A stretch of DNA of 64,000 nt from Vicugna vicugna. Taxonomy: Eukaryota. The notes under the pieces are model-generated. The model saw only the letters and a list, made by a program, of their open reading frames with translations, did no database searches and was not told the origin of the DNA. Shown one piece after another: positions 1-13,190 of the stretch (position 1 is its first letter; each line of letters starts with the position of its first letter). Both the position numbers and the translations under genes were made by a program. The stretch covers positions 870,001-934,000 of the forward strand of contig MU058337.1 in NCBI GenBank assembly GCA_013265495.1, read 5' to 3'.

Positions 1-1112
1 CTGCGGCATATGAAAAATTCAGGTGTTTGTACATCAAATTGCTTTCATCATGCCTGCAAAACTGAACAGCATATTTGATAGATTGATTTTAGGATTTTTA
101 CGTTTATCTCAAGTGTGCTAGTTCTGTTTCCCCTACTTTGATTACTTTAAATTCTGATTTTAATCTTTATCATCTTACCATTTCTTACCAGCGCTGGAAA
201 GTAATCTTATGTCATTGATAACAATATCGCATAAGAACGCAGAGCCCCCCCCCCCACTATGGTGTCTTCTACTTAGTTCGCGAACGCGAGCGAGTGTGGT
301 GCTCCAGCTGGTAGCAGATCAGCCCAGCGGTGTCCCCATCACGCTGATGTGCTTGCTTTACCTAAACAGAACGTTAGGGCAGCACTAGGGGCCCTCTGCT
401 TTCTCCCTAGAAGTCATATTCATTTACATTTGGCAGATAAGCACAACAAACTCATGGAAAACATTTTGACTACTTTATAATCCTTTTCTTTAAAAGTCTG
501 AACGACCCTGACGGCCAGCATTTCAAAGACATGGTTATATGATTAGGGCCCAATGTAACACCTGGTCTGCGCTGAGCACTCAGTAACCGGGCTGAAGAAC
601 TTACCTTTCAGTGTGCGATGACTTGCTGAGGCCTTGTTAGAAGGCGCTTTAAACAGTGAAAAGGTTGGGGGATTGTTATTAGGAGAACTCACGTTAAGTT
701 GCAGCAAAATGTACATAGTTTATTAAAATAAGAAACCAAGAGGGCACCATAAACTCTCAGTGAACAATGAAATATTTAGCTTAAAACTTCCTCCAAAGCA
801 CTGATGTTTCAGTAGCTAAAGGTACTGATTTAAAAAAAAAAATTGGCTTAGATACTTGAGGCTCCAGAATTTAGCAATATACCACTTGTCACTCTCCACT
901 CTAACATTTTCTGTTATTCTGCTGCTTGGGGCCTCTTGTTGGGCTGTTTCCTAATTCTGGGAGGTTCTGTCTTCAGAATTTGAGAGCTGGAAAAGAGCCT
1001 AAAACCCAACCAGTCTCAAATACCTCTCAAATTTTAGGGATAAAAATGAGATCCAGAAAATGGCTCTTGACACAAAGCTGTCAACAGTGCACATTTCCTG
1101 ATTTCCAGATCA

Positions 1113-1420
1113 GATGGCAGCATAGATAGTGGTAAAGATGCTGGTTGCTAGGTCCAAATTATCAGAGTTCCAGTCCTGGTTCGATCATTTACAGAAATTG
1201 TGTGAGCTCCACTGAGTTACTCGTCCCTTCTGAACCTCGGTTTCCTCATCTCTAAAATGGGGTAATAATACCCCTGACCTCAGTTTCCTCATCCCTAAAA
1301 TGGGGCAATAATAGCACTGACCTCATCAGGCTGCCCCAAGTGGCCTGAGTTAGTAGATGTGGAGGACTCAGAAGCGGGCCCAGCTCAAGGAAGCACTGCG
1401 TGTCAGGCGCAGTCCGCTGT
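1113..1420 (+). mobile_element. MIR SINE with an internal ~41-bp tandem duplication of its core
   Basis: MIR core 'ctgaacctcggtttcctcatctctaaaatggggtaataata' (~1230-1270) is immediately repeated as 'ctgacctcagtttcctcatccctaaaatggggcaataata'. Confidence 0.85.
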
Positions 1421-4400
1421 CCTGTTCGGTGTCACTCCGCCACGCTCCTTCTAGGCTCAGCTCCCCCACCCCTCCTCTAGGACCTCTTTCCAGCCAGTTT
1501 CACTGTTTGTTCCCAGCAGTTCTGTTTTGCGGTTACTTCATCCTGCTTCAGCTGCGCGGGTGTCTCTCTCCCCGGGCACGGTGGTTTGCCCTGTAGGCCC
1601 TGTAGCATATTTCAAATTAAGCACGTGCTTGTTGAATTAAAGTGCATTTTCATTTAGGATACTAAATTTTAGACTTAGCTTTATCTTTTTTCCCGTTCTT
1701 AACAGTCTTCAGATGGAGAATTTGTATTCCTGGAGCAGAGCTCTCAGCCAGTTTGTGACCAGCTCCTGTAAGGCCAGTCCGCAGAGGACGCTCGCCGCTG
1801 GATCTCCTTCCGAGATCCCTTCTCTGAACTAACAGCCTCAGCCCTTAACCCCAGGGAGGGCGCAAGGCAGGGGTTTCTGTTTTTAATGAAAACAAAAATT
1901 TTCTTTTTCTTCTCTTTTTCCCTTTCATCCCTTTTTTCCTTCTCATCTGAAGTTAACTGCTTTGGGGTATTATTTATGAACTTCTTGTCCCAAGCTGACA
2001 GCTCTGCCCTGGTTCTCTGAGTATCCCTTCTGTTTCTTCAGAAGTTTATCTTTTAGGAAGTGAAATTCAAAGAGATGTGCAGTTTTATTCTTCAGGGAGT
2101 ATTTCTCTTGGAAAAATAAAATTCCTCAAACAGTCAAAATGACTATGATAATCTTTCCCCAATTATGTCAGATTGCTTTATAAAATTTAAAATAAAAAGT
2201 TCCTCTGTTGCACTTCAGGGCTAAATCATATTTTGGAGAAAATGCAGTGAGAGTATAAAAAGTGAAGAAAAACGCAAATATCTGAAGTTGTTCTTAAAAC
2301 AATGGAAAATGGTATAATTATGTATAGGAAATGGAATAAACTAATATATTTAGTGAAAAAAATAAAGTCAACTCCCTCATTCGTGTGGACGTATCTATTT
2401 GAAGGGTCACTGTCCTTATTTTTTGAATTATAATAAACTTTATCCATTAACACACCATCCTGACATCCTCACACAATATCAACTTTCTCTATGTGTGAAC
2501 TTAGAATATATAATAATAATTGGGGTAATTGGCTAATGTTACTTAGATTATACAATGTCCTAGGTACTTGTGTCATGTAATATGAGAGATATTATCTTAG
2601 TTTTATCATCTTTACAATGATCAGTTTAAAAAACTATTATATTTCCATCTATTTTGTCAAGAGCCTAAAATTTGAATTATTTTATGAATCAGGGCAGCAT
2701 GATATCATTGAGCAAGTTTTTTCAAGAAGCCAGCAGCAATGGAGTAGAGAAAGAGACACGGTGTTTTGGGAGCAATCTGATGGAACTCTTTGGTGTGTGT
2801 TTGAAGATGGTGCTTGTGTGGTTGGGGAAATGTAGAAATCTTAAAGCTGCATCCATTACTACTTCAGGATAGAATCTGGTTGCACAGAGGCAGCTACAGA
2901 GCTCACACACCAGTGTCTCTCAGAAGCACATTTGATTGGACTTTGTACAAGTTCCTCGTAATTTTTTGTATGAACAATGATTCACTGTGAAAATATGAGA
3001 GGACAAATATCCCAAACAATCGTCTGGATTTCTAAGACGGTGAAGGAGGAGGCTGAGCATCCATATGTGATGAAAATCCGCAGCCCCTGGTGGCAGCCGG
3101 GTGAAGGTCTCAGATATCCATTTTGTCTGTAGGCTTCTTCAGCTTTCTCAAATGTTGCACTGTATTTATTCACTTATTCAACAATCCCTGGCCTCTCGGA
3201 GCTTACTGTCAACCACAGGGGAGAGCTCCAACCCAGCCCTGGCGCCATGGAAGGGGCAAGGGGAGACACTGTGCTCTAGAAGCCAGGTGGTAACGACCCT
3301 GACCTGGCTCGAGAAGCCAGGGGAGTCTTCCCTGAGGGAGAGAGCTAAACATGTGAGGAACACTGAGAGTGAAGTTGGGGTGTGGGCTAGAAACATCCCA
3401 TGGGGAGCATTTCATGCAAAAGAAACAAAGAACCCCCATTTTTGGAATGAGGGTGAGCAACCCTCTTGCAGGAAAAAGAGGAGGCTGTGAGCTTGACAGG
3501 ACTGAGCAGGGGTCTGGGCTGGAAATAGATGTCTAACAGTTTCTTGTACAGAGATCCTGAGTATGCTCTTTTAAAGTACAGTAAATAAAAATCTGCATTA
3601 GTAGGAAGTTAAACTTTTCCTAAGAACTTTCCAAACTTGGCCATTATCTTTCTTCTCCTATACTTTTTATATCACATGTATGCTCTTTCTGTACTATTTT
3701 GGAAATACTTCCATAATAATTTTAGGTTAGATTTAATGATGAGTTTTTTCTCTTTAGAAATGTACCTAGTTCATGGCAAATCACTGACCAAGCACGTCTC
3801 TACATTTTCACCCACGTTTCATTTGCTGTTGCATATACATTGCTTCCACCAGTATAGCTCCAAAGTTCTCTGCCGTCGGTAAAAAGCATTTGTTTCTCAG
3901 CTTCCTCTCAAGGTTGGACTTTGTTCCAACTGACTTTCTTTCTTGATGTTGTCAGTAAAGGAAATTAGGAGCAACTACAACTTTCATTTGCAAGAAAAGA
4001 TTTGGTTTGCCAAACAGAGCAAGGTTCCGAGAGTAAGTGCTTCTCTCTCACCCGACACGGTGGGAAAAAAAGTTAAAAAAAAAAAAAAAAGGAACTTCAT
4101 AACTGGCAAAAGGATGTATATTTTACATGCCCTGTTTATAGGGAAATCCTAGAGAACAGAGAGATGTATACCCAGCAAAGTCTAATTTCTTCACAGTAAC
4201 ACTAGAGCACCTGTAAAAGAACCTTTCAGTGAACTGCTGTTAACTTATTACTTGGGAAAACTTAAAATTCCCTGAAGAAGTTCTGAAAATCAAGCGACCT
4301 TTTAAAGAAGTCATGGAAGCTGAGCTCTCTAGGACTTGAACAGAAAGATGACATATTGTCAATGATACACCTCTAAGAAAAACCTGAAATGTTATAATGT

Positions 4401-5114
4401 CTCTCCTCATCAATGATATTAATTACTTTACACAAAATTTTTGCAAATGAGACAGATCAGTTAACGTTTATAGAGTCGTCAACAGTCACTTGAATTAAAA
4501 TGCTATTCTGTTCGTCATAGGCTGATGCAGTCTACAAGCACGTGGCATGTCAGAACCGCCCATGTGCATGTGAGAAGGCAGATCATTTCCAGATGGAGCA
4601 AAGGATCTCAGATCACTTTGGAATGTTATCCAGGAGTTAGCTATACCAGTTCATTTGATGTGTGGCTAGTATTGAGTAAGATCTGATAATAAACGGCTGC
4701 ATTTGAAAAACATTGATATTTACAGCACTGAAAGAATTCCATTTGAATTAGAAACACTACTCCTTAAGATCTAGATGAAGGCTGGCAGATAGAAATGATT
4801 CTCTTCAATTAATAATGTACTGTCCTTTAAAAATAACTTGCTAAGTCACATGGCATATACTTATTCATCCAAGATCGGTAGCCTCAGGAAATTGGTGAAC
4901 AAAAGGAGTTTGCAGTGAGCTTCTGGAGGCATCCGTGTATTTAAGTGTCTGTGTTTGCTTCCTCGTTATTGAGTTAGTCCAGCTCTGCTTTGGAAATCAG
5001 TGAAGATCGAGTGTTTCTTTCTCTAGTTTATTAATTCTTTGTTTTTACTAATTCTGATAAAGCTTCAAAGAAAATGCTTATTAATCAGAATAGCAAAGTG
5101 AATAGAAACAGATT

Positions 5115-5310
5115 TTGGAATAAGTAAGTCTCGAATCAAGCCCTGTCTTGACCATTTAAATATATCTACCACGTTGGGGAAATTCTCTTAGAGCTTTAAG
5201 CCCCAGCCTGTTTGCAAAGTGGAGCTGATCTTAGCTCGCTCTGCGACGGCTGGATGTGAGCAGCCAGCGCCCGCACGGAGCCTGTTACTGGTAACTGCTC
5301 AGTAGGCTGC
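5115..5310 (+). mobile_element. Degenerate MIR SINE
   Basis: 'ttggggaaattctcttagagctttaagccccagcctgtttgcaaagtggag' resembles the MIR core, followed by a GC-shifted tail. Confidence 0.5.
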
Positions 5311-6329
5311 TAGGTGTTGTTTGTGTGAGGTTTTGTCTTTATGATCAAAAAGGAAGATGTGGAAATACAGTTTTTAGCCATTTTGTGATACTTTTAACAG
5401 TCTGATGAGTGAAAAATTCTTCTTGAATAATTGATGATGGTACTTGAAAATCTGCAGGATGCGTCCCCCACTGGCTGGCATTCCCATCAGGGAAGCCTCG
5501 TGGACAGCGGCAAGGAGGTGGGTTCGCGACTAAGTTTGCTTTGACTCCTACAAACTACACGACCTTATGTGGGTGGGCTTCCTAAAAACTGTGTTGTCTT
5601 GTCATCCTTGTCTGTGTTGGGGGGTGGGCCTGTCTCACTGTGGTGGGAGGTTTAAGTGGAATACCGTGTGTATAGCCATGAAAGTACGCTTGGTATGTAG
5701 CGGGCATCCGTGCATGTTAGCTCTTATTATCTGCAAGAAAAAAGCACCTGTCAAACAAGAGAGAAAAGGCCGCCGGGTCTACTGCTTACTGAGCGTGGGT
5801 GGGGATGGGTAAAAATGTTTAACCAGCAGCGTAAGCCTGCTAGGGAGTGTCTCAATCCAGTGGGAAGACATAGTCATTTCAGATCTGTTTTTCCTTTAAG
5901 GATAGATTTTTCTTTTGTTTCTCTGTAGAGAGAGATGAAGAAAAGTTAATTTGTGTTAGTACTTTGTGTCTGAAGTGTTCAGAAAGGATCATAGGCAGTT
6001 GAAAGATAGGAGATGGGTAGGCTGTGTGGGAGAAGGTAGAGAAATAGGCCCAGAGATGCTGCACGTGTCTGAGCAGCGGTGACAAACCCCAGCTCTGGAG
6101 ACAGCTTGTTTGACGTCAGCCAGGTTTCCCAACTAGGAAACTGGAATGTGTCCATTTTCCCTGGGGCGCTAATCCTCGCTATTTCTCTTTCTCTTCACCT
6201 TCCATTTCTCGCCCTCTTCCTGTATCATCTTCTATCACCATATTCTTTTGTTCTTATGTACACCATTCTCATGATTTGTAACAGCAGAAGGAGATACATC
6301 TGGCTACTATGTTTGGAAATAGAAATGTC

Positions 6330-6825
6330 AGTATCGTTAGCCCTGTCCTGTGACATCATAATAGGGATTTTCGGGGATTTTAATAGCCGTCTCTTCTTTG
6401 TTACAGTAGAAATGCAGTTAATGCACACAGAAGGGATGATTGAGATAGAAAATCACCATTTAGCAAACGTCTCAGTAATAATTATTTCAGACCATTAGCA
6501 TCAATGGATGCTAAATCTACTAGCCTACAGTATAATGAGGAAAGAGATATTTGCATAGCCTCAAGGTATCTTTCCTTAGATATTTCTTAATTGCAAAGGG
6601 TAAAATAATAACTTTACAGTGGAGACACCTGGCAGACATCACACTGACCAAGTAATCAAAATGAACATCGCCAGTAATGAGACATATCACCATCGTGCAT
6701 CCCCTGGTACGATGCAAAGAACAGGGCACTGTTTCTGTGGGATTGATGTCCAAAAAGGGCATATCCTGAATTTAATCTTGATGAAACATTAGACAAACCC
6801 AAAGTGAGAGACATTCTAAAAGTAA
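6330..6825 (+). mobile_element. Ancient L1 3' UTR fragment (L1MC-type)
   Basis: Diagnostic L1MC 3'UTR strings: 'agaaaatcaccattt', 'aactttacagtggagacacctggcagacatcacactgaccaagtaatcaaaatgaacatc', 'gaaacattagacaaacccaaagtgagagacattcta'. Confidence 0.8.
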
Positions 6826-9800
6826 AAATAATTGTTCTAGGGACTACTTAAACAAATCATGTTGAACACATAATACAATCTTGCTCTGCAGTAAAATCAT
6901 CTTGGAAATAAATGATTAGAAGGTTTATATTTGGCACATGGAATTATTCTATAACTTTTGGCAGATCTACAGAATTACCCATATGTCTTAATTAGATTCA
7001 TAATAATAATGTATTGCCTTTGCAGAACAATTCCAAAGCTAGAAATGCTATTAGGGCTCCAAGATGTATTTTATTTTTCACATAAGCTGAAAATATTTAG
7101 TATAATAATATTACCGAATTTTCAGTCAAAAGCAACTGTACTGAGATATACCAGGAACGCTTAATGCAGGATTTATTTGCACATTTTTTCTCTCTTGTGT
7201 TTTTTACCCTTCCATCATTTGAGAAGAAAAATAAAAATGTATTTTCTTCAAGTCGGTTTTCGAAATAAGATTTGCTGTTTGTGAAAAAGTCTTCTTTTTT
7301 GGAGTGCTGGTTCTCCAAAATGGAGATGGAATATTCTACAAAGAACCTCGAGCCGCAACAGCCAGGGATGCTGAAGACGAGGCACCGGGCACCCCCACAC
7401 GGAGCGCCCCTCCCACTCTTGGTTCCGCTAACCACATCGCGGACTTCCTAGACTTAGGAGTGCATCACGATGAGAGACTAGCCTCATGTCTATCTTTCTG
7501 GCTTCTTATGTTTATACAATGAAATAAGATGCACCGGCACAATCTGTTTTATCTCTCATTTAGAATTCACTGTTTTCTGAATCAGAGTTAGCATGCCCTA
7601 TTTTACTAAAGAGCTGTTCTACATCCTTAATAGCAAAGCATGCCCAGTAAGCACACATAAAACTTTGACTATCTGGCAAATAACACATACCGGAGCAGTT
7701 AAAATTCTCCTTTTCTGTGAGAACTGGGATATATGAAGAGGAGGCACCAAAGAAAATGCAGAAGAAATCTGTGCTTACGAATCACCAAAGCTCTGCAAAG
7801 ACTATTGTGTCAAAATCTCAGCTCCAGGGATGAGATCGTGTGAAATGAAGTTTCTCTTTTCTACACTCAGAGTGGTTGCTGCTGAAAGGTGGGGTTTTGA
7901 GGGAAGAGTGGCATTTCCTTCCATGTTGTAGGTTGATGAGATAAAACCCTATCCCATCTCCCCTTTCTGACCTCTTATTTGTGTTGCTTAGTAAAAGGGG
8001 TTAAGGCAGCCCCTGATATAAAAATAAGGAAACCACAACGGGGAGAGGTCGGATGGCGTGTCTGAGAAATGTACAGAAACAGGAAAACTGGGAAGTTGTC
8101 AGATGTGTCCCCGCCAAGGACAGATAAGGCTCACAATACGCCATGTGCCTGGTGTGCCTGTGTGTGGCTGACTCTCCCTGGATTAATACAGTGACGGGGT
8201 TCCACTCAAAGCCCTAAGGAGACAGGATAATTTCTGAAATGACAGCCGGGCATAGTTACCTTCTCTTATGGGTCAGGGCCAGCTCGTCTTACCGCTCAGC
8301 CACGCTGCTCTAGGAATTGCTTCCGGAACATGTGAGCTTCAGAAGAACTCTTTCTAGCAGCTAAGGTGGGTGCTTCTAATAAAATATGTTTTAAATATAT
8401 ATAAATGTAAATAAATCATAAAATGTAATTTTTCCTTGTACGTATTTTATTTATTAATTTTCCTCAAGAAAAGAAGGAACACATTTTTTGTAATGTCAAG
8501 TTATCAGCACATGAAAATGTGTAATAGGGAAGCCCTCTAAATAAAATGAGTGTGGCTTTAGAACAGGTCAATGATTGCATTTTTGGTTTTGTTTTCTTTT
8601 TTTCAGAACTGAAGAAACATCTTCTTTTTTTTTTTTACCTTTTCTGGTGATAGAAACGTGCACACAATGCAAAGCAGTATCATTTTGAAACGTTATTCAT
8701 CTTTCAATTCTCTTTGGGAAACACTGAAATTGAATTTAGTAACTATGGTATCTCAAGAGCAACTGAAAATGGTTATAGAAAGGAAGAGGCCAGACGACGT
8801 TCTACAGCATAAACTCAAACGCATTTCCATTGCTTCACTTGTCCTTTCAATGTCTGTAGTTTTGCAGATTTCATTCAGGCTGGTCTTTACGAACACAAGG
8901 CACATAACATGCCAGTAAATTATTAGCCCGACCTCTACAGCAAATTGACTTCTGATTTCTTTCTAATATTTTTAGAGTTAACTAAAGAGCAATTGCACTT
9001 GCAGACAACAACCAAAATTTTTTTGACACCAAAAATCAGAGATACTTCACTCATGAGCTTATTCCATTGGTCAGTGTGACTGATACCTCCACAATACTTT
9101 ACACTTTTGCCTCTTTTTCTTAAGGAGATATTTCATAAATAGTGTTTCTTAAGTATTTTGAAAGGAATGGATTTAGAAGGAGAAATGAAGAAATTAAGAG
9201 CATTGCACTATGTAATTATTTCACTAGAATTGTAGTTTTTAAAGTTGGAAAAGCTCTCAAAGTTCAGCCACCCAGTTCGGGGTCCCCCTCCGGCTCGGCC
9301 CCCTCAGCCAGTAGTTTCTCAGTCTGTGCTCCAAGCTCTTCATGGGACTTACTGCCGCCTTCAAGAGCCAGTTCCATTTTGGTTCCATTGCACTCTTTCT
9401 TGTACAAAACCTTGGTCTCTTTCCTGTGTATCTGAGGATTAGCTTCCTGGCAATATTACTCATGGTCTACATGCAGAAAACTGCCTGATTTTAAATATAA
9501 GGATGTGTGACATTCCAGTAACTGACATTATGTTCGAGTATTTTCACTGTCAATGCAGCTTCCAAATTCTAGAAATTTTGAGAAATAATATAATTTTGTT
9601 TTTATTTGATTAATGTTTAATTGGATAATTAACTTTTAAACAAACCATATCAAATCTACAAACCAAAATTAAAATGAGCCATAAACAACCATAAAAGCCT
9701 GTGAAGGCAAAAAAAACCCCATTTAAGATATATAAAGTTTAATGAATATGCACTTTGCATATGGGGCCAATTAACCTCACCTTCAAGAGACAAGAATTTC

Positions 9801-10036
9801 TACTGATGCTGTCAGATTATCTGTATATTGGATTTGAGCAGAATTCGTTTTGCTCCTAAGTGCCATGCTTGCTGTCTGCTTTTCTTCTCTGTATTAGGCA
9901 ATGGAAGGTAAAATTTGTGTCTGTCAAACATTTCTTTGGAACAAAACTAAGAATTCTCATACCAGATCACTTATTGTCCATACAGACAATCTGTGTTTCA
10001 GTGGCATTACATGTGCATGTTTGAGAACCAGAATAG

Positions 10037-10499
10037 ACCAGTTATCTCTGCATACAGATTATCCCCAAACTCAACGACTGAGAAAAAACCTAAGAATTTA
10101 TTATCTCACAGTTTCTATGGATCTGGAATTCAGCAATTCCAGGACTCAGCTGGGTGGTTCTGACTCAGGGTCCCCCTGGTGGCTGCACTTGTGGATTCGG
10201 GGTGCAGTTGGATTTGCATTCATGTCAAGGCTCCACCAGGGAAAAATGTGCTTCTACCCTCACATGGGCCTCTCCACATGGCCCCCTCCCAGCTTTCCTG
10301 GGAATTAAGTGGTCTGAGAGAGAAAAAGACCCAAGTTACAAGCCTCAGTCTTTTATAACCTAATTTTGGAAGTGATATCTCATCACTTCTGCCATATTCC
10401 TCTTACAAGAAATGAGCCCATCAGCTCTTCCCAAACCCCAGAGCATGGGTGCCAGGAGGCGGGAGTCATCAGGAGCCCTCCTGGAGGCTGTCCACCACA
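10037..10499 (-). mobile_element. MaLR solo LTR, MLT1F-like
   Basis: 'tttattatctcacagtttctatgg', 'ataacctaattttggaagtgatatctcatcacttctgccatattc', and the terminal 'ccaggaggcgggagtcatc...ggaggctgtccaccaca' match the reverse complement of MLT1F-class LTRs. Confidence 0.8.
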
Positions 10500-12629
10500 A
10501 GGAACTTCTCTAAAGGAGACAGAAAGTTCCCATGACTAGAGAGCACTTATCTTTACTGGGCCAAGCAAGTAGCAAACACACAGAACCATTATGAATAGAA
10601 TTTTTTTTTCATTTATTTAGGTCCATGTACTCTTAAAGATAACAAGGAGGAAGTGGACCCAGAGAGTCGTATTTGAATTCTTTAAAATTCTGTTGCCTTT
10701 TTCACATCCTGGTGACATCGCTAGAGAGGAGGTAGGAAGGACAAGACAGGAAGACTGTTGTGGGGTTGTGGCCACGCACCGACCACTGCCTCTGTGTTAC
10801 ACAGAAATAAGTGCAATGTGCTCCCTCATAGAGCTTACACTCAAGTCAGGAGGACACAGACACAAAGGGGTAAATAAGTATAGGGAAGCAGGAGGTTCAA
10901 TTTAAAACTGTGCTGTGCAGACATTAAATATTAGGAATTCTGATGCAGTGAAATGGTAATTTGCACCTGATCTTGTCCAGACAAATCTGGGTTTATTAGA
11001 TGAAAATGATAGCTATTTACTTCGGTGAAGGTCTGAGCTAACTCTTGGGAAGATGTGGTTGATATCTGGGGCTCAAACAAGATCAGTACCTGATAGACAG
11101 GGAAGAGCTCACTCTGGGTCCATGTTCAAAGGCACAGACAATGGTTAGGGGCCCACCACAAGGATGATTTTGAGTGTAACATGGGACAGGTTATTCAGAA
11201 TGTCTTCCAGCGCAGTCCCAGTCAATCAAAATTCTACATCACTGGGGAGGGTGACTGAGAGACATGTGCTTTGTTAAATAAAGCGAAGTATTGTCTCCCA
11301 GGTCCACTGTAAGAAACTGAGTGACCAGAGTAACTGGCAGGCGGTGTCAGGGATGAGAGGGAAGCGTCCCATTCCTGGAGGACGCTACAACTGTGAACAC
11401 ACGTGTGGCGGGGACCCACTGGTCCTAGAGAGGCGGGGTCAGTTCAACAGCAGGTCCTCAGACACAGCGAGTGAGCACTGATGTCTTCCTTCAAGGGTGT
11501 GATGAATAAATTCCGGCTGAGACAGGACAAAGCAAGCATGAGGAATAGCATAATCAACATGCAAACACTGGCACGAAGAACACAGATTTGGGCCGGTGAA
11601 TAGATGAGGTCAAGTACAGAGTAGCCGCAGAGGACACTGGAAAGTCAGGCTTTGACTGCAGGTGGGTCTTAGATCGGATAATAAATCTCCCCCAGACTCT
11701 GGAGTTTAAATGCTCAGGTAGGATTTCTCAGTGTTGTATTAGGACCCAGAGACTGCCAGGCCGTGTTGGAACACGTAATTTGGAAAAAGGTTACAGATGA
11801 TCTTGAGTGGAAAGTAAAATGCAAAATTGGATTAGCTCATTCCCTCTCTATTTGCAGTTAGAGGAAAGGTAAACTATGATACCACGTGCTGCGACCATAC
11901 AATTTAAATTTCTACATCGTCAGAGTGAAGTGCTTGTCATTGGCACCAACAATTAATTTGGGTGAAATGGCATAAATATATTATTTTTCTCTTGCTTTCG
12001 ACAGTTTGGGTTTTTTTTTTCAGGATAATGAAATCCACTGTGTTGTCAGCAAGAGCCATGTGAAGGCAAACTTGCCAGTTTCGCCCACCACTACTCCTAA
12101 ATCTGCTTCAGTCTAGGTAGTACATTGTGTACTGTGGTTCCCAACCAGAGGAGCTTTTGTTTTGTACAGAAAAAACCTCTCATTTGGGCCTCTTTTTTTT
12201 TCCTTAGGCTGTTGGGCATTTGGCAGTGGACATAAAGTCCAGTAGAATTTTACCGTCTCAGAATTATTATTTGCTTAATCCTCTCATTGTTTTTAACTTA
12301 CTGGTCCTTCACCCTCATAATAAAAAGAAGAAAATTAAAATGGTTGTGGTTTAGGAAGAAGTGACATGCCTAGGCAGAGAGAATTTCATAGATACATTTC
12401 CTGTATACTGACTTGTAGTAAAATCAGTTAAATTTGTGTGTCTTGTTTCAATTAAGTGAACCAGTCCTTTGGCAAATTTATTATCTGGTGAGTTGACTTT
12501 TGGTCGCGTTGCCCTTGGCAAGTCGTCTGGAGTGATAGTGACAGCGGCACAGGGACAGAGAAGCAGGTCTTGGACGTGAAGGAGCACTTGTACAAACAAC
12601 TGTGTCCCTTCAGTAGAACTTCAAACAAA

Positions 12630-13190
12630 TAAAGACATATTGATTGCTTTATAAAAGCAGTTAGGATGATGGGTATCCATTTACATAAAAAATTGAAAGA
12701 AAAAAGAAAAAGGGAGGGAAAAAAAGGAATGAAGGAAGAATGGAAGGAAGAAGACCGAATTATACCTCTTATATTTTACTGAATTGATATTAATATTCAA
12801 ATATTGACAGTTACATCATAAAAGTACAATAAATACACATATAGGGTTTTAAAACATAGTTTTCAGTCAAGGGAGACTTTTTAAAGCATATGACCATTAC
12901 ATGAAATTATTTAATATGTAATTTTGACTACCTAAAATTTTAGTGAAGTATTAAAAATAGTATAGTATTGAAAATCAAAATTTCCATTTAAATGAATGAA
13001 AAGTGAATGGAAACATAAAGAAAGATTTCACAATATGTATTCATGGCATTTATATTCTTAATATATATTCTTAATATATGATCGGTGTGAAAAAACTTGA
13101 AGTAGAAAAATTAGTAAAATACACAGAAGTGATTCACAAAAGGAAAATAAATGGTCAATAACCAGATGAGATATTAGCCTTTTAGTTGTC
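12630..13190 (+). mobile_element. Highly decayed L1 ORF2 3' region (L1M)
   Basis: A-rich tract with L1 ORF2-like remnants: 'gggtatccattt', 'gactttttaaagcatatgacc', 'tttgactacctaaaattt', 'ttcacaaaaggaaaataaatggtcaataaccagatga'. Confidence 0.55.
12695..12753 (+). repeat. GA-rich polypurine low-complexity tract
   Basis: 'gaaagaaaaaagaaaaagggagggaaaaaaaggaatgaaggaagaatggaaggaagaag' read directly. Confidence 0.85.

Noticed and set aside
4521..4675. Plus-strand exon candidate 'catag|GCTGATG...TTGA|gtaaga'
   Set aside because: One frame is open, but the acceptor tract is weak, there is no recognisable homology, and there are no partner exons.
5494..5511. REST/RE1-like site 'agcctcgtggacagcggc'
   Set aside because: Only the right half-site matches; the left TCAGCACC half is absent.
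6111..6118. CRE palindrome TGACGTCA
   Set aside because: A single 8-mer with no supporting context; about one is expected by chance in 64 kb.
12024..12116. Plus-strand exon candidate after 'ttttttttttcag'
   Set aside because: Good acceptor, but the phase-0 frame ends in TAG at a weak donor (TAG|gtagta) and the peptide is unrecognisable.
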